Origin: Raillietiella orientalis
Taxonomy: Eukaryota
Reading direction: 5' to 3'
DNA: 64,000 bases
Assembly (NCBI GenBank): GCA_036172245.1
Contig: JAYWIR010000001.1
Coordinates: 3,162,001 to 3,226,000, forward strand
Below are positions 26,901 to 40,000 of this stretch, piece after piece. Each line of letters begins with the position of its first letter. The stretch's first letter is position 1. The notes beneath the pieces were generated by a model that did no database searches, had not been told where the DNA came from, and was given only the letters and a program-made list of their open reading frames with translations. The position numbers and the translations under genes were made by a program.

Positions 26901-29900
26901 AGCGTTGTCCCATTCCGCTCTCGGCGCCCGTCTTTTCCTTGCTGTTGGCTCCGGTGCGCGCGTCCACCCGCCGGGTTCCCAGGAACACGTAGTGGCGCGC
27001 GCGCAACCCTCCTGCGGTGCCACTCCCCTGATCTCGCACGCGCCGCAGCATCGGACTCCCTCACCACCACCACCAACCCGCCCGAGTCCCCCCCCTCCCA
27101 TCCTCAATGCTCGAAGCACTTCCCTCCGAGGCTTTCGCGTGCGCATGTCGCTGCGTTGTGAGGAGGCGGCACTGAGTCGACGCCTTTGAAGCGCAGCAAA
27201 CGCGCTTTGAGCGGCGCGTTTATTCTGCGCGGAGGTCACTTTTGCCCCATCTCTTCCCCCTCATGCCCGGGTGACGGCACTGGAGGAGGAAGATCCCGTC
27301 ACTGCCCCTGCTCTGTATCAGGGTAGCGAAAACCGAAGCGATCCACCGGGACGCGTTGCTGCTAGGCGCGCAGCTGCTGCGTTCTGGACCTCGGCACGGT
27401 CGCCGTGGATTCCCGTTGGCCGTGACCCGGTAGTCCCGTCAGGAGGAATTCGGAGGCGGACTGCCAGCCAGCTGGCAGTCCGCCCCCGCGTACTTGCGTT
27501 CCAGGAGGGAGCACAGAGGTGGGAAAGAGCTCCCGGCGGCGTTTCCCACGGATCTGCGTGCGTCCCGCCCGACTGTCAGCGGGCGCCGCAGCGGAGCCCC
27601 GAAGCCACCCCGATCCGCTCCCCCTTTCCCAACCCGGGAGCGTTTTCTAGATGACCTGTCGCGTGGGTGCCGGGGGGTGGAAGGGAAGGGGGGAGAGATC
27701 CTGGCTCGCTCCCAGTGGCCTCGCCCGCCTTCCCGGCTGGATGCGGAGGGGGAGGGGGAGGGGATACCCTGCCTCCCTTTCCTCTATCCAGCCCACCTTT
27801 CGGTTCCCGGGATCCGCGAGCGGGCAGGAGGTGCTTGGCTCTCGCCAGCATCCATGACGCCTCTTCCCCTTTTCTCACGCGGGGACCGGAGGCGATCCCG
27901 CGGGATCCGACAGGGCGGTGTCGAGTTGCGCGCTCGGCGCGAGGGGGACGCCGCCTCCTCCTCTTTGGGAAAGGAGGAGCCTTCCTGCTGCTGCAGTTGT
28001 CGCGCCGTCGGGGTCTTTTCGGCCCACGGAAGAAAGGCGGGAGGAGCAGTCCGGCCGTTCTTGGGGGAGGAGGTGGGCGGGTGCAGGGGGGAGGAAGAAG
28101 GGAGGAAAAGAGGCGCGAGCTGTGTCGTCCAGGGACGTCGCGGAGGACGCGAAGCTAGGGAGGATGGGAAGGACTCTTTTTGGAAGGGGTCCTCCCCCTC
28201 CTTCCTCGTCCCTTTGTGCTCGCAATTAGCCGCAATTAAGCGCGGCGAAGAGATCGGTCCGTGCGATGAGAGGCGCCCTTCAAGGTCAGCGCTGCTCGGA
28301 GCGCAGGAGAGGCCGACCAACCGATCAGCCGGAAGCGTTTTCCTTCGGCGTTCTTTGTGCCTTCCTTCCGGGAGGTGCGAGGCCGCTCCGTTCCGGGAGA
28401 CTGGCTCATCACGAGCAGGAGGGAAGACGCCAGAAGAAAATTCGGTCCTCCTCCAGCCTTCCCTCCCTTCTCCTCCCCCTCGCTTCCCCCTTCCTCCTCC
28501 TGTTGTCTCGCCCCGGCGGGCCCCCTTCTCCATCGGCGCGCGGATATCCAAGGTGATATCGCATCCGAACAGAGCCACCCCCAGCACCAGCAGCGCTGCC
28601 AGTCTCGGGGCCTCCCCGAGGACGTCGTTTTTCCCGCGCGCCAGGGCCCCCCGTGCGCACGTCCGAGTTCCTTCCCTTCTTCCGTGCCACGCTTGGGTGG
28701 GTGCGTCGCACAGGACCCGCGGGTACTCTCCACACTCTTCGTTGGCGCGGGGTTCGCCGCCATCCGGTTCCCCGAAGCCCGAGATCGTTGGGCTCCACGC
28801 AGCCCGCTGGCGACCTCTCGTCTCACTGGACGGATGATGGGTGACACTCTCTTCCGGAGAAGGAAGGAAGAAGGTGGATGGTCTCTGGCCTCAAGCACCG
28901 CCTTCGCAGAGGACACTGTGGCGATGCTGGAATCTGCAACCCCCCCCCCTCTCTCTCTCTTTCTCTTCAGAACGGTTGCGTTTCAACGGTTGCGTGGATC
29001 GGGGGCAGTTGCCGAGGAAACGGAAGCGAGGCGCAATAATGAAACGTCGACTTTGCGGCGTTTCATTGTTGCGTGTCAACACGGGTTAGCACGCCGCACA
29101 ATCTCGTTCTCTCGACCTCACGACTTACGAGATGTTCAGGTGCAGTGCTTTGAATTGAGCCATGTACCAATTGATTAGGGACTCGAAGACTTGTCCTCCA
29201 ATGATCTCCCCCGTCTCCCCTCCATGGGAATCGGAGGAAACTTCGTCCTCCGGCTGGAAGCTAAGGGAAATTTAATGGAGGTATTACGGGGCAGGTATTA
29301 AAATAAACGTCTCCTTCCGAAATCCTCCCCCTTCAAGTTACGAGGAGAAGCTGAAGACGTGTCAGAGGTTTTAAGGCATAAGCCAGAGACTTCTATTTAA
29401 CAGTTCCTTGTTCTTACTTCTCGACGCTGCGGTTCCAACGAACACTGTGCTGCGGCGTCGCAGATCACGTTGAAATCACCGAAAACCGTCACAATCTACT
29501 GGAATTATTCCAGGGTTTTTTGCACAGTCGCAGGACCGTCCGAAACTCTTTAAATTGCCCACGATAGCTGCCTCTCTCATCATCACATGTGAGCGTATCA
29601 TTCCGTTGCCGTCCGCGGAGCCAGCTTTCGTTATCCTCGATCGTGTGAGTGTAGAGCATTTCTATTGGTGTTTTTGTTCCTCGCGAATGTTTGGAATTCC
29701 TTCCCATGCTTCCATCTAGGCTCCGTTTCACAAACTAATCTTTTATGTGGGAAGCCAACCGCTCGTGGAGCGAAGTTTAAAAGGTTTTGATTCCTCGGCT
29801 GCTGAATTTTTCAATAAACAGCGCGTTCTCTCTCTTCTTGAACTGAAAACGGTCAATTAAGAAGATTTATCCTTTTCTGTAGGAAACGATTGTGCACTTT

Positions 29901-32667
29901 CAGGGATTAGAAATATTTTTTTTTTTCCTGTGTAACAGCAGCACATGACCATAGATGATGTTTAGCACAGAGAAAATTTTTAACATCTGGGAAAGGAAGC
30001 TGCCAGCTTTGTGTTTTATTTTTTTTTTCTACGAAAAGCGCAGTGACCAGCCCCCAGGGGACATCTTCCCAAGAGAACGGCAGAGTACTAATCGAAGTTC
30101 CGCGCCGTGCATTTGCAAAGCACGGAATCTCCCACCCGGAAGGCAGTCGAGGTGTAGAAACACTTCCTACACCTCGATTGCCTGTTTTCGCGCGGTTCGG
30201 AGATAGCCGGCTGACGACTTCCCGGAGAAGCCTTTCCAGTCTCGAAAAGCCATTGCCGTAGTAGTTCGGGTGCCTCACAACAGATGGCATCTGTGTTTCG
30301 TTGCTGTTTCAAGTTCCGAGCTGTGCTTTGCAGATTGGTGTCAGTAGAACAAATTGAAAACGGGAGGTAACTGAGCTTGGTGTTAATCTTAGAGATTCGG
30401 CACCAACTACCGGCGTACTTAGCGACAGTTCAAATTTTATTTTTTTATTTTGGGGGGGGGGGGGGGGGGGAGGTTCTTGGCGACATCGGAAAGACTTTCT
30501 CCTCGACGTGATTATGTCCACTTGGAAAATGGAAAAAACAATAGGCGAGGGAAGGAAAAGAAAACATGCTCGGAACACCTGAGAGAGAAAGCTTGCTTGC
30601 TTACGTGGGAGGAAAATCCGACGCTGTCAAGCCCGTGGTATTTTCTGGAAGCAGCCTGGCGACGACGACTGCAGCCGCTATTGAAATGGCGGAGTGGACC
30701 CGTGCGCGCAACTCGAAAGACGGAAGACTTTCGGAATTTGCCGGCGACGTACTCTGGAGCCAGGTCTCTTTGACCATCGCAACCCGTACGCTCTTTCCGC
30801 CATGCTGTGCTTATTTCGTTGGTGGGTGCCGCCGTCAAGCAGATCCTCAACACTTCTCTTGGACAGTGGTGCACAGGGTGCTCTCTCTCGGTTCACTCAT
30901 TTCTCTCAGATCTCCGATTTAAGGATGGCGTCCCATCTGCTGCGATAGGTTATGCGCGCTGCTACGGACCCATCGCAGCCGGATCATGAGCTCTGGACCT
31001 CCCTTTGCCCCGTAGGGCTTTTCGGAGGTCCTCGGTCCTTTTTCGAATGGCTGCAGGAGTGGAGCAAACAAAAAGCAGGGGGCGAATCAGGGGGGGCCGC
31101 GAACGCGTTCCACGCAGCCGCCTGTTCCGGCAGAAGGCAGGTGGGAACCTCTAGCAGGAGCCTCGATCACGATGGCCTGTGCCTCTTCCTCCGAAACCCA
31201 CTCTGCGTATCCGCACGTGCATGATTTCCCCGTGAAAGCGGGCGCCCGAAAGAGCGCGCAAGGCCTGGTGACCGATCTCCTTTGTGCTCCACACACGCAC
31301 TCGAGCTCGTTGCGAAACTTCTCGGCGTACGCGTCTCCGAGCTGCTTTTCCCGCGAACCAAAGCCTGTGAGTCCGCCCTCCGCCTTGCCGTGCGCATGGG
31401 AACGGTCACCAGTTTCGCGTGCTCGTTGTTGTGCAAGACCAAGAGAGGGCTTGGCTTCCCGTTGGTGTGTGTTTTCCTTGTTCGGAAATCGACGCTGCGC
31501 CGAGTGCACCTTTTCTTCTTTTCCTCGGTCTGCCTCCGTATCGACGTCGGTCGGCTGTCGTCGTTTCGGAAGACATATTGGCCGGTGGACAGCTGCAAAA
31601 GGAAACGGCCTTTGAGGTCCCTCCTACCCGGCGATCCTGGGTGCTGAAGATGCAACCTTTCTCGCCGCGCCTGGCGAAGAAAGAGGGGACGCTTCAACGT
31701 GACGCGGCACGGTGGTTGGGCACATTCAATTAGCAAGAGCCGTGGAATCTTCGTTTCGAGGAGCTGCCAGAAGAGCTGATCAAAGAGAATCGAGAGAATC
31801 CGCTTTCAGATCCTCCTGATAGCAGGGAGCGTAGCACCATTAAGAATCTCAAGGAAAACCTTCCAGGTTGTTATTGGCCAAAGTCTCCCTTTAATGATAT
31901 CACGTTAAGTCGTCACCGCTCCGTGCAGTGCCCATGCGAATTCTGGAAAGTTCATCAAGGAAAAGAGCGCTGCGCCGAGCTTGCCTTCCCCCTCACGAAA
32001 TGCAGTGACCCGAAATCATTTCCCTCCGTTTCGGTCAAGTTTTTCTCTTGTTTGTTCCAGAACCGTAATTTCGCAGGCTTCCAGGCATTGGAGCCCCAAA
32101 CTCTTCTTCTCTGCTTTCCAGTCTGCTTTCGATAATTGCTTTTTTCTTACCACATCCGCCCGAAGCAGAATCCAATGCGAGAAGATAAAAAAATAAAAAT
32201 AAGAGTAAATAAAAAAGGGGAGGGGAGCAACTGGGACCTGCGCACGAAAAATCGAAAGTCCGTAAAGTACATGGATGAGCAGGGTGTCTGTGATCGAATA
32301 AGGGAGGACGGTGACATCGAAAAGACTGCACACCGCAATTTCTTCACGCTTTTTACCCTTAACCCAACCCGAACTTGCCCCTTCCCCTTCTCCTCTTCCC
32401 CTTTTTCTAAATTTTCCCTTTTTTGTGGGTTTCGCGATTTCTGCCAGAGACGAAGAAAGGAAAGGAGTCAAGCGGATCGCTCGCGCACCCAGAGTTGCAT
32501 GAAAAGACGTTGGGTTTTTCGAAGAGCGCGAGGCTCCGAGGGTCACGTGACGCGCGCTCCTTGTGCACGCCGGCTCGGTGTTGGTCTGCACTGCACCCTG
32601 CAGACTACAGAGCAACTTCATTCGAGTTTAATGCGCAGAAGCAGGATAGACATGAACAAAGGCTGAT

Positions 32668-32833
32668 GAGCTGCGTGACAATCGCCGGATCTGTCGGCAT
32701 TGTTGCGGATACAAAGGGGAAACAACGGGCCGCGAGCTGCGTGACAATCGCCGGATCTGTCGGCATTGTTGCGGATACAATGGGGAAACAACGAGCCGCG
32801 AGCGGCGTGGCAATCGCCGGAGCTGTCGGCATT
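32668..32833. repeat. 66-bp minisatellite, about 2.5 copies, each with an internal inverted repeat
   Basis: Units start at 32668, 32734 and 32800 (GAGCTGCGTGACAATCGCCGGATCTGTCGGCATTGTTGCGGATACAA...). The third copy is partial and diverged. Confidence 0.95.
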
Positions 32834-35800
32834 TTCTTGATCTCTGTGCGCGCCGCTCTGCTCAGACAGACCGCAGGGGGAGGGGGGAGGGGGGGACACC
32901 GACCGGGTGACGTCGTTTCTCAACGTCCAGGACACAAATTCCGGATGCATGAATAAACAAGCGACCCGTGAAAATGCTGGACCCGCACGATTCACAGAGG
33001 AGGCCTTGTAAGTACGCCAGATGAGGGGGACGAGTAAAAGAGACGCGGTCGAGCGGAAGAGTCTTGGAAGCTGGATGAGTGCACGAAGGAGCAGGGATCC
33101 TGCTTCGCAATCGAACCGGAGGCTTAAGGAACTCACGACAACACCGCGAGTGAGGAATCCTCCCACGTGGAGTGCCGCGGACGGCAGCCGGCTCCAAGAA
33201 TTCGGAAAAGGAAAGCGGCTTTCGCGATCCCGACCAGCCCGCGATCTGGAGTGCCCGGATATGCAACCTTCTCCCCCCAGCGCGCATAGGGAGAAGAGGG
33301 GGAGCTCTCGAGATGGGCGACACGGTGGCTAGGCACGTTTAATTGGGAAACGCGGCAGGACGTGCGTTTCGAAGAGCTGCAAGATGAGTTGCGAAGGACT
33401 GTCGAGGAGGGAGGGCTGTCTGCCGCGGCTCCCTCTGAAGACGGAGAGGAAGGAAAAGAGGGGAAGTGGGGGTGGAGGAGGAACTGGGAAACCCTCTCCT
33501 GGGTCCCGGGTCCTTCTGGGTCCGTGCCGCTCCCCGCTTGCAGCAGAAGCAAGCCTTCCGGCGTTTCGATCTCTCCTGCATCCTTTCCATCCGAGATCGT
33601 CTCGTAGGGGGCGCAGAGTTCGAGGCTTCAGCGGCTGACGGGGGTCTCCTCGCAAATGGCGCCGCTCGGCGCTCCTGACCGCGGACTCTCCCTTTACATC
33701 CCTGCTTCTGCTGCCGCTGCCCACGCATACCTTCTGCAAAGGCCTCAGGGGGAGTCTTTAGCGCTCCTTTTCACGGCTGGAGAGGATGCGGGACATGGTT
33801 TCTCAGCGGGCGGATGCTCCCCACTGTTCCTCCTCTTCTCCCTCCGTTCCCTCTCCTTTTCCAACAAGCAGGGCAGCGAAGGGTGGCAAGGTGAAACTGA
33901 CCTTGCCCGCGTGGGAGAGTGAGGACCCGTTGGTGTCCCGAGAACTTCGAAAAGCCCCGGGCGGCGCTCACCAAGGCGTTCCCCCCTTGGAAACGGTTGC
34001 TGTGAGCTTTTTTTTTCTTGCCCTCAGGCCAGTCCAACAAACGAGAGGAGCCGCCACCTCCGCCGCCCGCTGGAGGGGGCGCGCGCGCGTCGGTCGTTTC
34101 TGCGAGCAGCCTGCGGATGCTGTGCTTCGAGGACCAAGGTTCGCTCTTCGCGGCAAGGGGTGCCTCACTGCGTGCGCGCGCATTTCGCCATCCCCTGGAG
34201 CAGCCGCAGTGCCGCTTCCGCCTGCCGAGAGAGGCCGTGCCTCCAGGGTAGAGGAGACCTCCGGCAGAGGGCGCGCGCTCTCCGTCCGACCGTCCGTCCC
34301 GCTGCCACCCTTTCGAGCGGCACCACCGCAGGGACGGGCGCGTCCCGGAGAAACTCAGGATGTCCCCGAATGATTCTTCGCCGAAGGGCGCGCCTGGTCT
34401 TCCTCTTCCCCTCCTCCCTCCGACTTGGCGCTTCCTGCCCGTTCCTGCATTCCCCAGGCGCGAAGGCCACGAGAGGCCGTCAGCGACCTCCGGCGCTGCG
34501 TGCCCGAGAAGCGCAGCGGGCGCGACCGTCCTCCTCCTCCGAAGAGAGGGAGGGGAGGAGAGAGACCCTCTCCCCTGAGGCTGGGCATCAGCTGGAGATT
34601 TCTGAGGGTGTGCATCGCCGCCACGGGTCATCCCACCGTAGCCACCACCTCGCGTGCAACTCTTCCCGTTCCAATCGTTAGGAGGATCCCCGGGCCGCAA
34701 CATCTCCTCGCGCGCCCTCCCGGAAGTCTGCTCTCGGAAGGGGAAGTGCCAGCGCCTTTCTCGAGGAACCATCCAGCTCCAGGACGCTGCGGGACGATCC
34801 GCAGCTGGCAAGTAGCGACGCGGGGAGGACCAGGAGCAGTGACCCTCGGGCGCTCGGCACCCCCTTCCCTTCCTCCATTTTGGAGAGCTGAGCGTACGGG
34901 GTGGGAACCGATCGACAAGATGGCACATCGAACTCGACTCCTCCTCCTCCTCCTTCTTCCTCCTCCTGCCGTCCAGCGGCATCCCCTCTGGTGATCGCCT
35001 CCTGCGCTAATCTCCGCGACCTTCAGCGCTCCCGACTCGTTTCCCGGCTGTGGCTGCGGCGTCCTCGGCAAGGGGTCGCCCGCAGCATCCCACGGAGCCC
35101 CGGCTGCCTCACCCCTCCTCCTCCCCTTGCATCCTTCCGGAGCTTGCGGGGTACGGCCGTAGGGTGGGAGGGTATCCTCCGAGGAGGAGCAGGGCGCAGA
35201 CGCAGTTTCCCGGTATCCTGTACCCTCCCCCTTGGTCTCCCCAGTCTCGTGCCTGCCTGCACACGGCCGGAGGGTCCACTTGCTGCGCGCTTATGCTGGA
35301 CGGGGACCAACGGAAGGATGGGTCAGCGACGACTCCCCGTGGGGGGGAAGGGTGGCCATAGTGGTCTGCCAGCGCGGGTCGTGCTCCCCCTTCGCCCTTA
35401 AGGGTTGGCGCGTGAGCGTCCTTGGGAAGCTGCACAGTTCCGGAGAGGGATAGCCGGGAGCCAAGGGGACATCTCTCCTCTCCTCTCTTCTGCGAGGAGA
35501 ACGGGCTGGCCCGGGCTGCCTTTCGCCGATGCGACCCTGGGTCAGATCTTCCGGCTGCTCGGGAGGAGGTCCCGGAGAAAGCCGGAAGCTTCCCTGCAGG
35601 TTGTCCGCTCCTTCCCCCCCGCCCGCCCTCGCGGTCAGGCAGTCTAGCTTCCCCGCTTCTGTGTGGCGGAGGGGTGGACCCTCGCGTGCGCTGAGCCCTC
35701 TCCGCCGCCTTTCTTTTTCTTTCTCCTTTCTGAATTTTCACGAAATGCACTGGCGCAGCCGTCGCCGCACGCCTCCGGGATCGGAATTTACAGTGGTGCA

Positions 35801-37030
35801 CCGCTGCGTACCTCGCGGGATGCTTCCATGACTTGGATTTTTTGCTCCAAGTTCCTTCGCGCACACGCAAAAAAAAAAAAATTTCGTCTCTTCTTCGAGC
35901 GTTCCTCTCTCCGTGCTGCTGCCATCCAGCATCCTCATCCCCTGGAGCAGGAAAATGGTCTAAGCATGTTCCCTGCCGAAAAGCTTCCTCTCAAAAAGCC
36001 AAAAAAATAAAAATGGTCGTCTCGTCGGCGGAGAGCGCTCGCTCGCGCGCGAGCAGAGAGCGACGGCAGCACCGCCTGTTGACAACCCACCGCGCCACAG
36101 CGCTCGCTCGCGCGCATCCCGTCTTCCTCCGTCAGTTGCTCGGCCGAAGAGGGGCGCAGTCGCAGTCCTTCCTGCTTTCGACAACTTCACGTCCCCCCCT
36201 CCCCCCCATTCCCTACTCTCAGGTTCCTTCGGACGCAACCGCTCGCCACCGCCACCGCCTTCGTGAGCTGTCCCCTCGCTCGCTCGCGCGCCTTCGAGAA
36301 GGGGGTGGCGGTGATACCGCCGGAGATGCGGAGGGCCGTGCTCCGGGATGGTCCATCCTCTACCGTCCCTCCTCGTCCGGCTGTGCTTCGCTGGGGCTGC
36401 TGCCTATCTCTCCCCTACGGCACGAATCGGATTGGCTCCGGAAACCCCTCGCTCGAGATCCGCTGTTCACCCGCCGGCGCACCTAACGACGTCTGTAGCT
36501 TTCCCTCCGGCCTCCATTGCCGCCCTAACCGCCTAGGAGCACCCCCTCCCTGCGGGACTTTGGTAGCGCGGACTTTCCTCCCGACGGGCGCTCAGCTCAT
36601 CTCTCCTAATCCCTCCAGCTTCTTGGCGATTACCCCTCCTCCCCCTCCTCCCCTTTGGCGTATCCGTCTTCTTATCGGGAGCGAGGCGCATCCCCTCGAA
36701 GACGCGAACGCGTCGAGGACGAAGTTCCTCCGACCTCTCCGATCCTCCCATCTTGCACTCCGTCCGTCTCCGTCACCCGTTGCCATCCCAACCGTCGCCC
36801 CGCGCGACGACTTCCGTCGGCGCCCTTTCTGCACCGCCTGCATGGGTTTCCACGGTCCTCCCTGCCTGCCCCAGCCCGGCCCGGCAGCGACACGACGACG
36901 ACACGACCTCCGGGGGATTCGGGCACACGTGAATAAACGGAGCCATCCGATTCCGGGTGGGGGAAGGGAAAAAGATGGGCCGCCTGGCAGACCGAAAGGA
37001 CCGAAAAGAGAGGAGCGGGAGGAGGGAGGG

Positions 37031-37052
37031 AGAGAGAGAGAGAGAGAGAGAG
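37031..37052. repeat. (AG)11 microsatellite
   Basis: Read directly from the sequence. Confidence 0.95.
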
Positions 37053-40000
37053 GAATTAGCAACCGGGAAAACCAGTTGATTACAGGACGATTCCACTTTG
37101 ATACCGCGCGCAGCAACCTGCTGTTTTTCTTCGCCTCTCCGTCCGCAGAAGGCAAAGACCCAGTTCCCATGCTTTCGATTCTTCGGCGAGTGGTATCCGT
37201 CGATTTTTGATAAAGGAATGCAGGTAGCGTTGCTTGTAGCATTTTTGGAAGGCTGGTCATGCGATTTTGATGGATTGCCTCCCCCTCTCACCTCCTCCTC
37301 CTTTGTTGCTGTTTTTTTTTTTTTTTTTTCTTCCTTAAAACGTAACGCTAGGAGTTTATTTCATCCCCCCCCCCCTCTCCCCCCCTTGTGCCGCCGCCTT
37401 TAGATATTCAGAAGCATCTCGAAAACAAAACGAAGCAACAGCAAAAACAAAGACGGGAATGTGTTCTCCCACAGAGGGTTTAGTTGGTGTTCAAACTTGT
37501 GCCGCGCGTTTGAACGAGACGAGCACTTTTGATTAACACTGCGCAGTTTTTTTTTTTTTCCTTCTCTCTCTCTCTCCCCCCCCCCCCCGCTCTTTTCCTA
37601 TTGGCTTCTGATGACTGCGTCTCTGCCATAGAAGAGCTTGCGCTGCGCTCAGGGAAAATCATGTGTTCCCTTGCTACAAGAATGGAAAGAATCCATGACG
37701 TCTTGGTGTTTATGCTTTCTTGACGTTGGGGCAGTGGGATTTCCTCCCACTGTTCGCCCTACGCGGCTTCTTCACCCCGAAAAGAACGTTCGCCGCTTCA
37801 CCGCTGGTCTTTTTTTTTCTTGACCCGAGTTCGAGAGACCACCAGGTTTCCGCTCAGAAAAGTGAGTTCATAGAACTCCTTCCGCGGCATTGTTGATGAC
37901 TGTGTGCCTCGGCATTGTTGACGGGGCGTTGCTCACTCTTTGTTTGCTGCGTGTCTCCGTATTGTTTACGTAACCCTGGTGACGGCGCGATCGCTAGGGG
38001 CTGCAGGGCGGAACGTGGGGCCAGCCTGAACTCGAAAACTTGTCCTCGGACCGTTTCTGGAGCTCCTTTTTCGCAGCACCTCGCTTGCTGCGGCACGTGA
38101 AAACTGCGCGCGACTCGGCCTGCGTTCGATCCACGGGTGAACCCCTTAATCCCTGGGAAATTTTCGTGTGCTACGAGGCAGCTTCTTAGCCTCACAGGCG
38201 TTCGGAACTTTCCCAATAAACTGACCTCAGCCAGATTAAGCGAGGTGCTTGTTCCTGTTCCATACGCTTTGATTCAGCATGCAGATACCTGGATAATCAG
38301 TAAACCCATAAAATAAGGTGCATGCTCGATGAACCGGCGAATTAAAAGCGAGAGACGCCTTTTCCGAAGGTACCATTATGATGCGTTTCCTTTTTTTCAA
38401 CTGTGCATGACATCGTCCTTAATCTTTTTTCACTTTTGCCTCAGGAACGAAATGGCGTTGGCGTAGTAGAGCTTTGGGGGCTACCTCTACTGACAGTGCA
38501 AATCATAACTCATTCTTTCACGCCGAACCGTACGCACGGTGGTCGAAGCTCGTGGTTTTTCATGCGTCCCCATGGCGATGATCTGCTTGGTGCAGTTCTC
38601 TGTGAACGCATCCCGGACCGGTTCGTTATCGTCGCATGTCGGCTTCTGTGGTAGTTGGGCGCTGGAGCTACCAAGCAACATCAGTCCGCGCAAGCGCAGC
38701 GTGAAGGGTGACGTCTGCTTTTCCGAAAGATGAATGCACGGCTTGCTCACAGTAGCCGAAACACCAAGGAGACGGTGGCGTCGGTTGCCGCGCGCCCCTT
38801 CTCGAACGGAGTGGCGCCTGCAAAGGCGATCAAACAGGAGACCGAATATTTCATCAGTTCCTCTTGAAAAGAGCAAAGCATTTTCTCCTTCGGTTCCCTG
38901 AGGCCCGCGTCGCTCTTGAAAACTTGGTCGCAGTCGGATTTTCAATGCGTGTGCGGCGTTGATTTCACAAGTCTGTAATTAGTGGTCAGCTGCTGCTATT
39001 TTTAACTTGATGATCTCGCCATTTTCCAGGCATGGCCCGGCATCGTTGCGAATCTTCACCCGAATGACCCTTTTATCAATGCGTTTATTATTCTTCACTT
39101 GTCTGATTACCTTTTTCCCTCTTCTCCGAATGCTTTGCGAACGGAACGTACACGCAGAAAGGTGAAGCTGCGGATTTCTTTGCTGCTTTGTGCGTCAGCT
39201 GCGACGAAGCGCGGAACGCAAGAATTCGACCATCTGACGAATCGTTGGAAAGCGTCCTCACTGGTTCGGAGTTTTCATTTCTCCGGCAAAATCCACGAAA
39301 ATTCAGAACGGACAAAAATAGACGCACGCTTGCTCCGTACGCCCCTTGGGTTTTGCGCAATGATCTTTCTCCCACTGCTGCATGCTCGTCGTTTTGTGAA
39401 ATCCCAGCCTCCTCATCTCTGCGCTACGGTGACGGCTCTTCTGCGCCGTCGCCACACACGCACCGGACCCGGGCCCTTCGCGAGGCATGCCACGCGACGG
39501 AAAAGAGGAAAAGGAGACCCGCGGGAGGGGGTCTCCTTTTCCAAAGCAAAGCTTGCAGAGCTTCTTCTTGCTTCGCCCGGTACTCAAGCTGCCCCGTACC
39601 ACCCCCGGGTACCACCTCCCGGAGAAGTCGGACGGAAACGGTGGCGTCGGATACGTTGGCGGTACCGAACTGTGGACCAAGGGAGAACTGCGTCGGCGTT
39701 TCGTAGCATCCGAGCCACTCGAATCGCACGAGTGCGAATCACGTGGCGTATCCATTCGATCTTCGTTTGTGGAACTTGGCGCGCGTTGTATCTTATCTGC
39801 GGCTCAAGTGCGCTCTTGATGCGAGGGAACGCGCGCGAAACGCGTCTTGGACGCGCGCGCATCGCCTGCCCGCACGTAAGACTCGCGCGGCTCGCGGCGG
39901 CGGCGGCGGCGCACACTTGGACAGTCCCCCTGCACACGAGGGGGGGGGGGGGGGGGGGAGGGAAGCACACGGAGCGTGTGCACGCATGCACGACCGTTGC

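Noticed and set aside
32668-32833. CRISPR-like array of palindromic repeats
   Set aside because: The intervening sequences are nearly identical rather than unique spacers, there are only 2.5 units, no cas genes are present, and the context is a eukaryotic intron.
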